A stretch of 64,000 nt of DNA, taken from NCBI GenBank assembly GCA_035758845.1, contig DASTVZ010000178.1:34713-98712 (forward strand), given 5' to 3'. This document shows, piece by piece, positions 10,059 to 18,189 of the stretch (within the stretch, counting starts at the first letter, position 1; each line of letters opens with the position of its first letter). The notes below the pieces were generated by a model. The model ran no database searches and was not told where the DNA came from. It worked only from the letters and a program-made list of their open reading frames with translations. The DNA is from Vicinamibacterales bacterium. Lineage in GTDB: Bacteria > Acidobacteriota > Vicinamibacteria > Vicinamibacterales > 2-12-FULL-66-21. A program made the translations under genes and the position numbers.

Positions 10059-11645
10059 ATGATCGCGAATGAAATCGTTTCGTCGTCCGATCACCACTCG
10101 GCACGCCCCGTGAATCACCAGACCATCGTCGTTCTCGATTTCGGATCGCAGTTCACCCAACTGATCGCGCGGCGGCTGCGTGAACTCTCGGTCTATTCGG
10201 AGATCGTACCGTTCGATACCCCGCTCGAGGAGATCAAACGACGGAATCCCGTCGGGATCGTGTTGTCGGGCGGGCCGAAGAGTGTTTCCGAAACCGGCGC
10301 GCCACATTGTGAAACCGGTGTCTACAACGCCGGCGTGCCGGTGCTCGGCATCTGCTACGGCATGCAGTTGATGACCCATGCGCTCGGCGGCGAGGTCGCT
10401 CCCGCACCGCACCGCGAGTTCGGGCTGGCAACGATCGACATTCAACCGGGCGCGCCGCTCTTCGGATCGATTCCACCGAATCTCCGGGTGTGGGCGAGCC
10501 ATGGCGATTTCGTGAAAACCGCTCCGCCAGGCTTCCAGGTGATCGCGACAAGCGCGAACGCGCCCGTAGCGGCAATGGTCGCCGAAGACCGGCGCCTCTA
10601 TGCCTTGCTGTTCCACCCGGAAGTTGCCCATACCGATCACGGGATCGACATACTCCGCAATTTTTCGTACGACGTTTGCGGCTGCACCGGCGACTGGACG
10701 ATGTCGTCGTTTGTCGAGGAGGCGACCGAACGAATTCGCCGGCAGGTGGGAACCGGTCGCGTCGTCTGCGGCCTGAGCGGTGGCGTCGATTCCACGGTCG
10801 CGGCGCTGCTGATTCACCGCGCCATCGGCGATCACCTGACGTGCATCTTCGTCGATAACGGCGTCATGCGCGAGGATGAAGCCGGACAGATCCGCCGGCG
10901 TTTCGAGCGGCTGAAACTGCCGCTCGTCTTCGCCGATGCGTCGTCGCTGTTTCTCGACCGGCTGGCGGCGGTGACCGACCCTGAGCAGAAGCGCAAGATA
11001 ATCGGCGCCGCGTTTATCGACGTCTTCGAAGCGGAAGCGCAGAAGCTCGGATCATTCGACTTTCTGGGGCAGGGGACTCTGTATCCGGACGTCATCGAGA
11101 GCGTTTCGGTCATCGGGCCGTCGCACGTCATCAAGAGCCATCACAACGTCGGCGGCCTTCCGGAACGCATGCGCTTCAAACTGGTCGAGCCACTTCGGCT
11201 GCTCTTCAAAGACGAAGTGCGACTGGTCGGCAAGGAGCTCGGGCTCGACGACGAGTTCGTCTGGCGGCAGCCGTTCCCTGGACCAGGTCTCGCAGTGCGC
11301 ATCCTCGGCGAAGTGACGCCGGCGCGACTCCAGCTAATCCGCCGTGCCGATCACATCGTCGCGGAAGAAGTGAAACGGGCGGGCTGGTATCGGCGGCTAT
11401 GGCAATCGTTCGCGGTGCTGCTGCCGGTGCAGAGTGTCGGGGTGATGGGCGACGCTCGGACCTATGAGTACACGATTGCGATTCGCGCCGTGGAGAGCCG
11501 CGACGGCATGACCGCCGACTGGGCCCGTCTGCCACACGACCTGTTGGCGACGATTTCGTCGCGCATTGTGAACGAAGTCAAAGGCATCAATCGCGTTGTC
11601 TACGACATCAGTTCGAAGCCGCCCTCTACGATTGAATGGGAGTAA
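10059..11645 (+). CDS. guaA: GMP synthase (glutamine-hydrolysing)
   Basis: 528 aa. GATase (GICYGMQL) plus ATP-pyrophosphatase (SGGVDSTV) and a C-terminal PPSTIEWE. Confidence 0.95.
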   Translation: MIANEIVSSSDHHSARPVNHQTIVVLDFGSQFTQLIARRLRELSVYSEIVPFDTPLEEIKRRNPVGIVLSGGPKSVSETGAPHCETGVYNAGVPVLGICYGMQLMTHALGGEVAPAPHREFGLATIDIQPGAPLFGSIPPNLRVWASHGDFVKTAPPGFQVIATSANAPVAAMVAEDRRLYALLFHPEVAHTDHGIDILRNFSYDVCGCTGDWTMSSFVEEATERIRRQVGTGRVVCGLSGGVDSTVAALLIHRAIGDHLTCIFVDNGVMREDEAGQIRRRFERLKLPLVFADASSLFLDRLAAVTDPEQKRKIIGAAFIDVFEAEAQKLGSFDFLGQGTLYPDVIESVSVIGPSHVIKSHHNVGGLPERMRFKLVEPLRLLFKDEVRLVGKELGLDDEFVWRQPFPGPGLAVRILGEVTPARLQLIRRADHIVAEEVKRAGWYRRLWQSFAVLLPVQSVGVMGDARTYEYTIAIRAVESRDGMTADWARLPHDLLATISSRIVNEVKGINRVVYDISSKPPSTIEWE

Positions 11646-11653
11646 GAATGCGG

Positions 11654-11696
11654 ATTGCGGATTGGTGACTGCGGTCATCAGTCGACAATCCGCAAT
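11654..11696. repeat. imperfect 17-bp-stem hairpin with heptamer-periodic arms (GCGGATT)n / (AATCCGC)
   Basis: 11654-11670 ATTGCGGATTGGTGACT pairs with 11680-11696 AGTCGACAATCCGCAAT (15 of 17). Sits between the guaA stop and the dnaE start. Confidence 0.8.
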
Positions 11697-11701
11697 CGAC
11701 T

Positions 11702-14700
11702 ATGAGCAATTTCGTCCATCTTCATCTGCATTCCGAGTATTCGCTCCTCGACGGCGCCTGCCGGATTGAGGAGCTGCTGGATCGCGTCGCGGAATTGAAG
11801 ATGCCGGCGGTGGCGATCACCGAGCACGGGAACATGTTCTCGTCGGTGATTTTTCACGATCAGGCGCGGAAGCGTGGACTCAACCCGATCCTCGGATGCG
11901 AGGTCTACGTCGCGCCGGGCGATCGACGGATCAAGAGCGGCACGCCGGGCGAGACCGCCAACCACCTGGTCTTGCTCGCTGAGAGCAAGACCGGCTACCA
12001 CAATCTGATCAAGCTGGTATCGTCCGGGTACACAGAGGGGTTCTACTACAAGCCGCGCATCGATAAAGAGCTTCTGGCGCAGCATGCCGAAGGCTTGATT
12101 GGCTTGAGCAGTTGTCTCAAGGGGGAAGTGGCCACCGGCATCCGCACTGAGCAACAGCAGAAAGCGATCGCCGCCGCGGCGACGTATCGCGACATCCTCG
12201 GTCGACAAAACTTTTTCCTGGAGATGCAATACCAGGGGATCGACGAGCAGAAGACCGTCAATACGGGCCTGCTCCCGATTGCCAGGGATCTCGGCCTGTC
12301 GCTCGTCGCCACCAACGACGTTCACTATCTCCAGAACTCAGATTTCAAACCGCACGATGTGCTGCTCTGTATCGGTACCGGCAAATCGGTCAACGACGCC
12401 GAGCGCCTGCGCTATCACGGCGACCAGTTCTACCTGAAGACCACCGCAGAGATGGCGGAGGTGTTCAAGGATCATCCGGACGCGCTCGCCAACACCGTGC
12501 GGATTGCGGAGCGCTGCCACGTCGACCTCTCGAACGCGATCAACCACCTGCCGAATTTCGACGTGCCCGCCGGCTTCACCCTCGATGACTACTTCGAACA
12601 TGTCGTCCGTGAGGGATTCGGGCAGCGATTGCCGAGACTGAAAGGACTCGCCGCGGCTGGAGTCCTCAGCCACACCATCGACGAGTACGAACGGCGGCTG
12701 ACCTATGAAGTCGACATGATCAAGAAGATGAAGTATCCGGGGTACTTCCTGATCACCTGGGACTTCATTCGGTACGCGCGCGAGCAGGGCATTCCAGTCG
12801 GACCCGGCCGCGGTTCTGCCGCCGGCAGTTTCGTCGCGTATTGCCTTCGCATCACCGATGTCGATCCGATCGAATACGACCTGATCTTCGAACGTTTTCT
12901 CAATCCCGAACGCGTCTCGCTTCCGGACATCGATATTGACTTCTGCGAGCGGCGGCGCGGCGAGGTCATCGACTACGTCACACAGAAGTACGGCCGCGAG
13001 AACGTCGCGCAGATCATCACGTTCGGCACGATGAAGGCGAGAGCGGTGGTTCGCGATGTCGCGCGCGTCATGGACATTCCCTACGCCGATGCCGATCGGG
13101 TGGCGAAAGCCATCCCGCCGGCGCTGGACATGACCCTCGACAAGGCGCTGGAGGAGAACCCCGTCCTCAAGGACATGGAGCAGAAGGACGAGCGGGTCAA
13201 AGAGCTGCTGGGCGTCGCGCGCCGACTCGAGGGGATGACGCGGCATGCGTCGGTGCACGCCGCGGGTGTGGTGATCGCGCCGCGGCCGTTGACCGAGTTC
13301 GTTCCTCTCTACAAGAGTCAAAAGGACGAAATCGTCACACAGTGGGCAATGAAGGAGGTCGAACGCATGGGCCTCCTGAAGATGGATTTCCTCGGGCTCA
13401 GCACGCTCACGCTGATTTGCGACGCGCGCGACGAGATTCGGCGCACCGAGGGCATCGATCTCGACATCGACGCGATTCCGCTGAACGACGCGAAAACCTT
13501 CCAGTTGTTCTGCGATGGTCAGACCTACGGCGTGTTCCAGTTTGAAAGCTCGGGCATGCGCGAGCTGCTGCGGAAGGCGAAGCCGGAACGGCTCGACGAT
13601 CTGATCGCCTTGAATGCGCTGTATCGTCCTGGTCCACTCAAGAGCGGGATGGTCGACGATTACATCTCGCGCAAGCAGGGAAAAACCGAGGTCAAATACG
13701 AACTTCCGCAGCTCGCGCCAATCCTCGAGGACACCTACGGGGTGATCGCCTATCAGGAACAGGTCATGCGCATCGCCGCCGTCCTGGCCGGATTCACGAT
13801 GGGCCAGTCCGACGTCCTGCGAAAGGCCATGGGCAAGAAGGACCCCAAGGTCATGGCGAAGCAGCGCGAGGCCTTCGTCAGCGGCGCCGTCAAGAACGGA
13901 GTCAGCGAGAAGAAAGCCACCAAGATCTTCGACTTGATGGAGTTCTTTGCCGGCTACGGGTTCAACAAGTCCCACTCGACGACGTATGCGTGGGTGGCAT
14001 ATCAGACCGCGTACCTCAAGGCGAATTATCCCGCGCACTTCATGGCGGCACTGCTCACCATCGAGGCCGCCAACACCGACAAGCTCGCCATGTACCTCGG
14101 AGAATGCCGCGAACTTGGCGTCACCATCCTTGCGCCCGACATCAACTCGAGCGAAATGGCGTTCACGGTGGTGCACGGCGGCGTCAGGTTCGGACTCTGC
14201 GCGGTCAAAAACGTCGGCGAGGGTGCGATCCAGTCGATGCTCAACGTGCGTCGCGAACACGGCCGCATCGATTCGCTCTACACACTCTGTGAGTATGCCG
14301 ATTTGCGGCTGGTCAACAAGCGCGTACTCGAGAGTTTGATCAAGGCGGGCGCGCTCGATTCGCTCGTGCCGGCAGCGAGCGGCACCGTCGGCGGGCGCCG
14401 CGCGCGGCTCTTTGCCGCTGTCGACAAGGCGATCGAGCACGGTGGCCGCCACCAGCGCGATCGTGAGAAAGGGCAATCGCAGTTGTTCGGCGGGAGCGAC
14501 GACGACAGTTCGTCGGCCGCCGTGCCGTTGCCCGACGCGCCGGCGTGGGCCGAAATCCAACAGCTCGCGGGTGAGAAGGAAGCGCTGGGCCTCTACATGA
14601 GCGGGCATCCACTCGATCGCTTTACCGAAGAATTGAAGACGTTCGGCGCGCGACGCGTCGCCGATCTCACCGCCTCGGAAGCCGATATCTGGGTGGGCGG

Positions 14701-15178
14701 CATCGTCTCCGGGCTTCGGCCGCTGAAGACGCGCAAGGGCGATCGCATGGCGGTGTTCATGCTCGACGACGTCGGCGGCGGCGTCGAAGTGGTCGTCTTT
14801 CCGGAAACCTTCAGCAAGTTTGGCTCACTCGTCGAAAACGATGCCATGCTGCTCGTGCGCGGCAAGCTCGAACGCGACGACGAGTCGGCGCGCATCGTCT
14901 CGACAGAGCTCATGCCCATCGCGTCGCTGAAAGAGAAGACGACGCGCGAGGTGGTGATTCATCTCGGGCAGGGAACGCAGGCACGAACGACGTTCGAAGC
15001 GCTCGCCGAGTTGTTCGCCCGGCATCGCGGCGACCGTCGCGTGTCGCTGGAGCTGGAGGTCACCGGTCCGCCTCCGATGCGTGTGCGTGCCGACGTCGCT
15101 CAGCGTGTGCGGCCATCAGAGAAGCTCGTGGCGGAAGTGGAGTTGATTTGCGGAGCCGGAACGGTGGAACTTCGGTGA
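11702..15178 (+). CDS. dnaE: DNA polymerase III subunit alpha
   Basis: 1158 aa. PHP N-terminus (FVHLHLHSEYSLLDG), polymerase core (PDIDIDF) and an OB-fold C-terminus. Confidence 0.97.
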   Translation: MSNFVHLHLHSEYSLLDGACRIEELLDRVAELKMPAVAITEHGNMFSSVIFHDQARKRGLNPILGCEVYVAPGDRRIKSGTPGETANHLVLLAESKTGYHNLIKLVSSGYTEGFYYKPRIDKELLAQHAEGLIGLSSCLKGEVATGIRTEQQQKAIAAAATYRDILGRQNFFLEMQYQGIDEQKTVNTGLLPIARDLGLSLVATNDVHYLQNSDFKPHDVLLCIGTGKSVNDAERLRYHGDQFYLKTTAEMAEVFKDHPDALANTVRIAERCHVDLSNAINHLPNFDVPAGFTLDDYFEHVVREGFGQRLPRLKGLAAAGVLSHTIDEYERRLTYEVDMIKKMKYPGYFLITWDFIRYAREQGIPVGPGRGSAAGSFVAYCLRITDVDPIEYDLIFERFLNPERVSLPDIDIDFCERRRGEVIDYVTQKYGRENVAQIITFGTMKARAVVRDVARVMDIPYADADRVAKAIPPALDMTLDKALEENPVLKDMEQKDERVKELLGVARRLEGMTRHASVHAAGVVIAPRPLTEFVPLYKSQKDEIVTQWAMKEVERMGLLKMDFLGLSTLTLICDARDEIRRTEGIDLDIDAIPLNDAKTFQLFCDGQTYGVFQFESSGMRELLRKAKPERLDDLIALNALYRPGPLKSGMVDDYISRKQGKTEVKYELPQLAPILEDTYGVIAYQEQVMRIAAVLAGFTMGQSDVLRKAMGKKDPKVMAKQREAFVSGAVKNGVSEKKATKIFDLMEFFAGYGFNKSHSTTYAWVAYQTAYLKANYPAHFMAALLTIEAANTDKLAMYLGECRELGVTILAPDINSSEMAFTVVHGGVRFGLCAVKNVGEGAIQSMLNVRREHGRIDSLYTLCEYADLRLVNKRVLESLIKAGALDSLVPAASGTVGGRRARLFAAVDKAIEHGGRHQRDREKGQSQLFGGSDDDSSSAAVPLPDAPAWAEIQQLAGEKEALGLYMSGHPLDRFTEELKTFGARRVADLTASEADIWVGGIVSGLRPLKTRKGDRMAVFMLDDVGGGVEVVVFPETFSKFGSLVENDAMLLVRGKLERDDESARIVSTELMPIASLKEKTTREVVIHLGQGTQARTTFEALAELFARHRGDRRVSLELEVTGPPPMRVRADVAQRVRPSEKLVAEVELICGAGTVELR

Positions 15179-15273
15179 AATGCTGAATGCTGATGTCTGA
15201 ATGCTGAATGTGGCAGTGTCTTTAGGCCATGCCACATCAGAAATCAACAATCAGCAATCAGCACTTTCAGAAT
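15179..15273. repeat. heptamer-armed long hairpin (AATGCTG)n ... (NNCAATC)n
   Basis: Left-arm heptads at 15179-15213. A perfect 7-bp apex stem TGTGGCA/TGCCACA (15209-15215 / 15230-15236). Right-arm heptads at 15239-15273. About 6 of 7 positions are complementary per heptad. Confidence 0.8.
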
Positions 15274-15280
15274 TGCACCT

Positions 15281-16270
15281 ATGCCTGACTTACTCGAATT
15301 CGAGGAACCCATCGGCGTCCTGCTGAAAGAGATCGAAGCGCTCAGCATGCTGCCGCGTACGCCCGACCGCGAACGTTCGATCGACTCGTTGCGCCGTCGC
15401 GCTGACGAGATCCGCGCGGAGTTGTACACGAATCTGACACCATGGCAGCGCGTACTGGTCGCGCGCCATCCGAATCGTCCGAACACGCTGGATTACATCG
15501 AGCGATTGTTTACCGGGTGGGACGAGCTCCACGGCGATCGCCGCTTCGCCGACGACCACGCGATCGTCGCCGGCCTTGCGCGATACCGTGACCAGCCGGT
15601 GGCCGTCATTGGCCATCAAAAAGGGGGCGACACCAAGCAGAAGATCTATCGCAACTTCGGCTACGCGCGGCCGGAAGGGTATCGGAAAGCCCTCCGCGTG
15701 ATGCAGCTGGCCCAGAAGTTCGCAAGGCCGATCATCGTCTTTATCGATACTCCCGCGGCGTACCCGGGTGTCGAATCCGAGGAGCGCGGCGTCGCCGAGG
15801 CGATTGCGTTCAATCTTCGCGAGATGATGATGCTCGAGGTGCCAATTGTCGTGCTCGTATGCGGCGAAGGCGGCAGTGGCGGGGCGCTTGGTATTGCGAT
15901 TGGCGATCGCGTCCTGATGCAGGAGTTTGCCGTCTATAGCGTGATTCCACCGGAAGGGTGCGCGGCGATTCTCTGGCGGGACGCCAACCGCAAGATCGAA
16001 GCCGCGGAGGCGTTGAAGATCACGGCACCCGATATGCTCGCGCTCGGTCTCATCGACGGGATCGTGCCCGAACCGACCGGTGGCGCACACAACAACCCGG
16101 ATGCCGCAACTGCGCTGGTCGATCAGGCGCTCTCAGCGGCGCTCCCGGAAGTAGCAGCGCTGTCGGTCGACGATCGGCTTCGCGTCCGTTACGACAAGTT
16201 CCGCAAGATGGGTGAGGAGCGCAGCTCCTTCCTGGATGCGAACGAGCCGCGGATGGAGCCGGCGCAGTGA
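15281..16270 (+). CDS. accA: acetyl-CoA carboxylase carboxyltransferase subunit alpha
   Basis: 329 aa with LDFEEPI, RHPNRP, FIDTPAAYPG and GEGGSGGALG motifs. Confidence 0.95.
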   Translation: MPDLLEFEEPIGVLLKEIEALSMLPRTPDRERSIDSLRRRADEIRAELYTNLTPWQRVLVARHPNRPNTLDYIERLFTGWDELHGDRRFADDHAIVAGLARYRDQPVAVIGHQKGGDTKQKIYRNFGYARPEGYRKALRVMQLAQKFARPIIVFIDTPAAYPGVESEERGVAEAIAFNLREMMMLEVPIVVLVCGEGGSGGALGIAIGDRVLMQEFAVYSVIPPEGCAAILWRDANRKIEAAEALKITAPDMLALGLIDGIVPEPTGGAHNNPDAATALVDQALSAALPEVAALSVDDRLRVRYDKFRKMGEERSSFLDANEPRMEPAQ

Positions 16271-16280
16271 CAATCCGCTG

Positions 16281-18002
16281 ATGAAGACTCTCCTGTGGCA
16301 TCACCTGCCGTGCAATGACGCCCAGGCGGCCACCCTTGCCGGCGCACTCGGCGTGCATCCGATCATCGCCCGACTGCTCTGTCTTCGTGGGTTCAGTAAC
16401 GTCGACGACGCGGCACGGTTTTTGAACCCGTCGCTGGATCAGTTACACGACCCGTTCCGGCTGGCGGACATGGACCGGGCCGTCGATCGGTTGGAGCAGG
16501 CACTCGCGCGCCGCGAGCGGATCGCGATCCATGGCGACTACGACGTCGACGGCATCACCTCGACGGTCATCCTTCGCCGCGCCCTCGAGATGCTCGGCGG
16601 TGACGTCGTCCATTTCATTCCTGAGCGACTGCGCGATGGATATGGCCTGCAGCGAGCCGCCATCGATCGACTTCATGGCGAACGCGTTGGTTTGATTGTG
16701 TCGGTCGACTGCGGAATCAGAAGTTCGGATGCCGCGGCCCGGGCGCGCGAGCTTGGCGTCGACCTCATCGTCACCGATCATCATGAACCCGACGGGACGT
16801 TGCCATCAGCGCTCGCGGTGATCAACCCGAAGCGCGCCGACTGCACCTATCCAGACAAGCATCTGGCCGGGGTTGGCGTCGCCCTCAAACTCGTCCAGGC
16901 GCTCTGCCACCGCGCCGGGAAAGGGAAGTGGCTGCCGGCATTCATCAAAGTCGCCGCAATTGGCACGCTCGCGGATGTCGTCCCGCTGGTCGGAGAGAAT
17001 CGCGTGATTGCGCGCCTGGGCCTGGCCTCGCTCAGTCGCGGGCCGCACACGATCGGCTTGCGGTCCCTGCTCGATGCGTCCGGCCTGAGCGGCAAGACAA
17101 TCGATAGTTACCAGGTGGCATTCATGCTGGCGCCTCGCGTCAATGCCGCGGGGCGTATGAGCACGCCGGACATCGCCACCCGCCTGCTGCTCGCGACCGA
17201 CGAAGCGATGGGAGAGGAAGCGCGCTCGCTCGCCCAACAGTTGAACGACGAGAATCTCCGGCGACAGCAGGAAGAGGCGGATCTCGTAGCGCAAGCTCGC
17301 AAGGCGATCGAAACCGACCCTGCCGTCGGCGCACATAACGTCCTGGTGGTCGGAGGAGATGGATGGCATCGCGGTGTGATCGGCATCGCCGCTTCGAAGC
17401 TCGTGGATACATTTCACAAGCCGGCCATTGTCCTGTCGGTGGAAGGCGAAGTGGCGCACGGATCCTGCCGAAGTATTCCTGACTTCGACATGCTCGCCGC
17501 GCTGGAGCATTGTTCCGACGTGTTCGTCAGGTTTGGCGGGCACAAACAAGCCGCCGGTCTGACAATGGAAGCCGCCCGCGTGCCGGAGTTCCGGTCGCGC
17601 ATAAATGCCTATGCCGACGACGTGCTCGAGCCGGATCAGCTGCGCCCACGTCTTCGGATCGACGGCCCGCTGAGCCTGCGCTCGATTACCCCGGACTTCA
17701 TGCGCGAGCTCGACACCATGGGTCCGTTCGGTATGGCGAATCCGCGGCCGGTATTTCACGCCTCAGGCGTCGAGATCGTCGACGGACCGCGGCCGCTCAA
17801 GGACCGGCATCTCAAGATGACCTTTTCGCAGGATGGACGGCGCTTTCGGGCGATCGCATGGCGTGCCGCCGAACGCGCCGACTTTCTCAATCAGAACCGA
17901 GCTGGCGTGAACCTCGCCTTCTCGCTGGAAAAGAACGAATTCCAGGGGGAAACGTATCTCGAGTTGTCCGTCGCTGACATCAAGAGCCTGAGCGACGGAT
18001 AA
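16281..18002 (+). CDS. recJ: single-stranded-DNA-specific exonuclease RecJ
   Basis: DHH motifs (IAIHGDYDVDGITS, VTDHH) and DHHA1 (GGHKQAAG). I trimmed the start to ATG 16281, just after the accA stop. The track ORF from 16212 overlaps accA. Confidence 0.9.
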   Translation: MKTLLWHHLPCNDAQAATLAGALGVHPIIARLLCLRGFSNVDDAARFLNPSLDQLHDPFRLADMDRAVDRLEQALARRERIAIHGDYDVDGITSTVILRRALEMLGGDVVHFIPERLRDGYGLQRAAIDRLHGERVGLIVSVDCGIRSSDAAARARELGVDLIVTDHHEPDGTLPSALAVINPKRADCTYPDKHLAGVGVALKLVQALCHRAGKGKWLPAFIKVAAIGTLADVVPLVGENRVIARLGLASLSRGPHTIGLRSLLDASGLSGKTIDSYQVAFMLAPRVNAAGRMSTPDIATRLLLATDEAMGEEARSLAQQLNDENLRRQQEEADLVAQARKAIETDPAVGAHNVLVVGGDGWHRGVIGIAASKLVDTFHKPAIVLSVEGEVAHGSCRSIPDFDMLAALEHCSDVFVRFGGHKQAAGLTMEAARVPEFRSRINAYADDVLEPDQLRPRLRIDGPLSLRSITPDFMRELDTMGPFGMANPRPVFHASGVEIVDGPRPLKDRHLKMTFSQDGRRFRAIAWRAAERADFLNQNRAGVNLAFSLEKNEFQGETYLELSVADIKSLSDG

Positions 18003-18186
18003 TGGAATTGCTGACTGTTGATTGCCGATTTGGCGCGGTCTAACCAGCCTTGGCCAAGGCTACGGCGGTCCGCGGAGCGCTTCGCGCGAAGGCGGAAGAC
18101 CGCGCCCTACAGCCATCAATCGGCAATGACATTCGACAATCGGCAATCACAGCAATCAGCAATCGACAATCAGCAATCAGCAATTC
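18003..18186. repeat. heptamer arrays (NGATTGC)x4 and (NNCAATC)x~10 flanking an inserted 79-bp element
   Basis: Left arm 18005-18032, right arm 18112-18186. The arms are mutually complementary in sequence family. Confidence 0.75.
18033..18111 (+). repeat. 79-bp structured repeat, copy 1 (closing stem GCGCGGTCT/AGACCGCGC)
   Basis: Near-identical to 53904-53980. Contains the 16-nt palindrome AGCCTTGGCCAAGGCT and a TCCGC...GCGGA stem. Confidence 0.8.
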
Positions 18187-18189
18187 TGA

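Noticed and set aside
12338-14608. 756-aa ORF on the - strand
   Set aside because: It lies entirely antisense to dnaE, whose identity is unambiguous. Its composition (Arg, Asp, Leu, Val runs) is typical of a GC-rich shadow ORF.
16212-16280. N-terminal extensions of track ORFs (recJ 16212, EIIA 25227, BFN 37016, cpoB 29568, xerD 47320, hydrolase 52758, pseudopilin 54924, parB 38500)
   Set aside because: Each extension overlaps the upstream gene or a repeat or hairpin region, and an internal start gives a canonical family N-terminus or signal peptide. I trimmed the starts accordingly.
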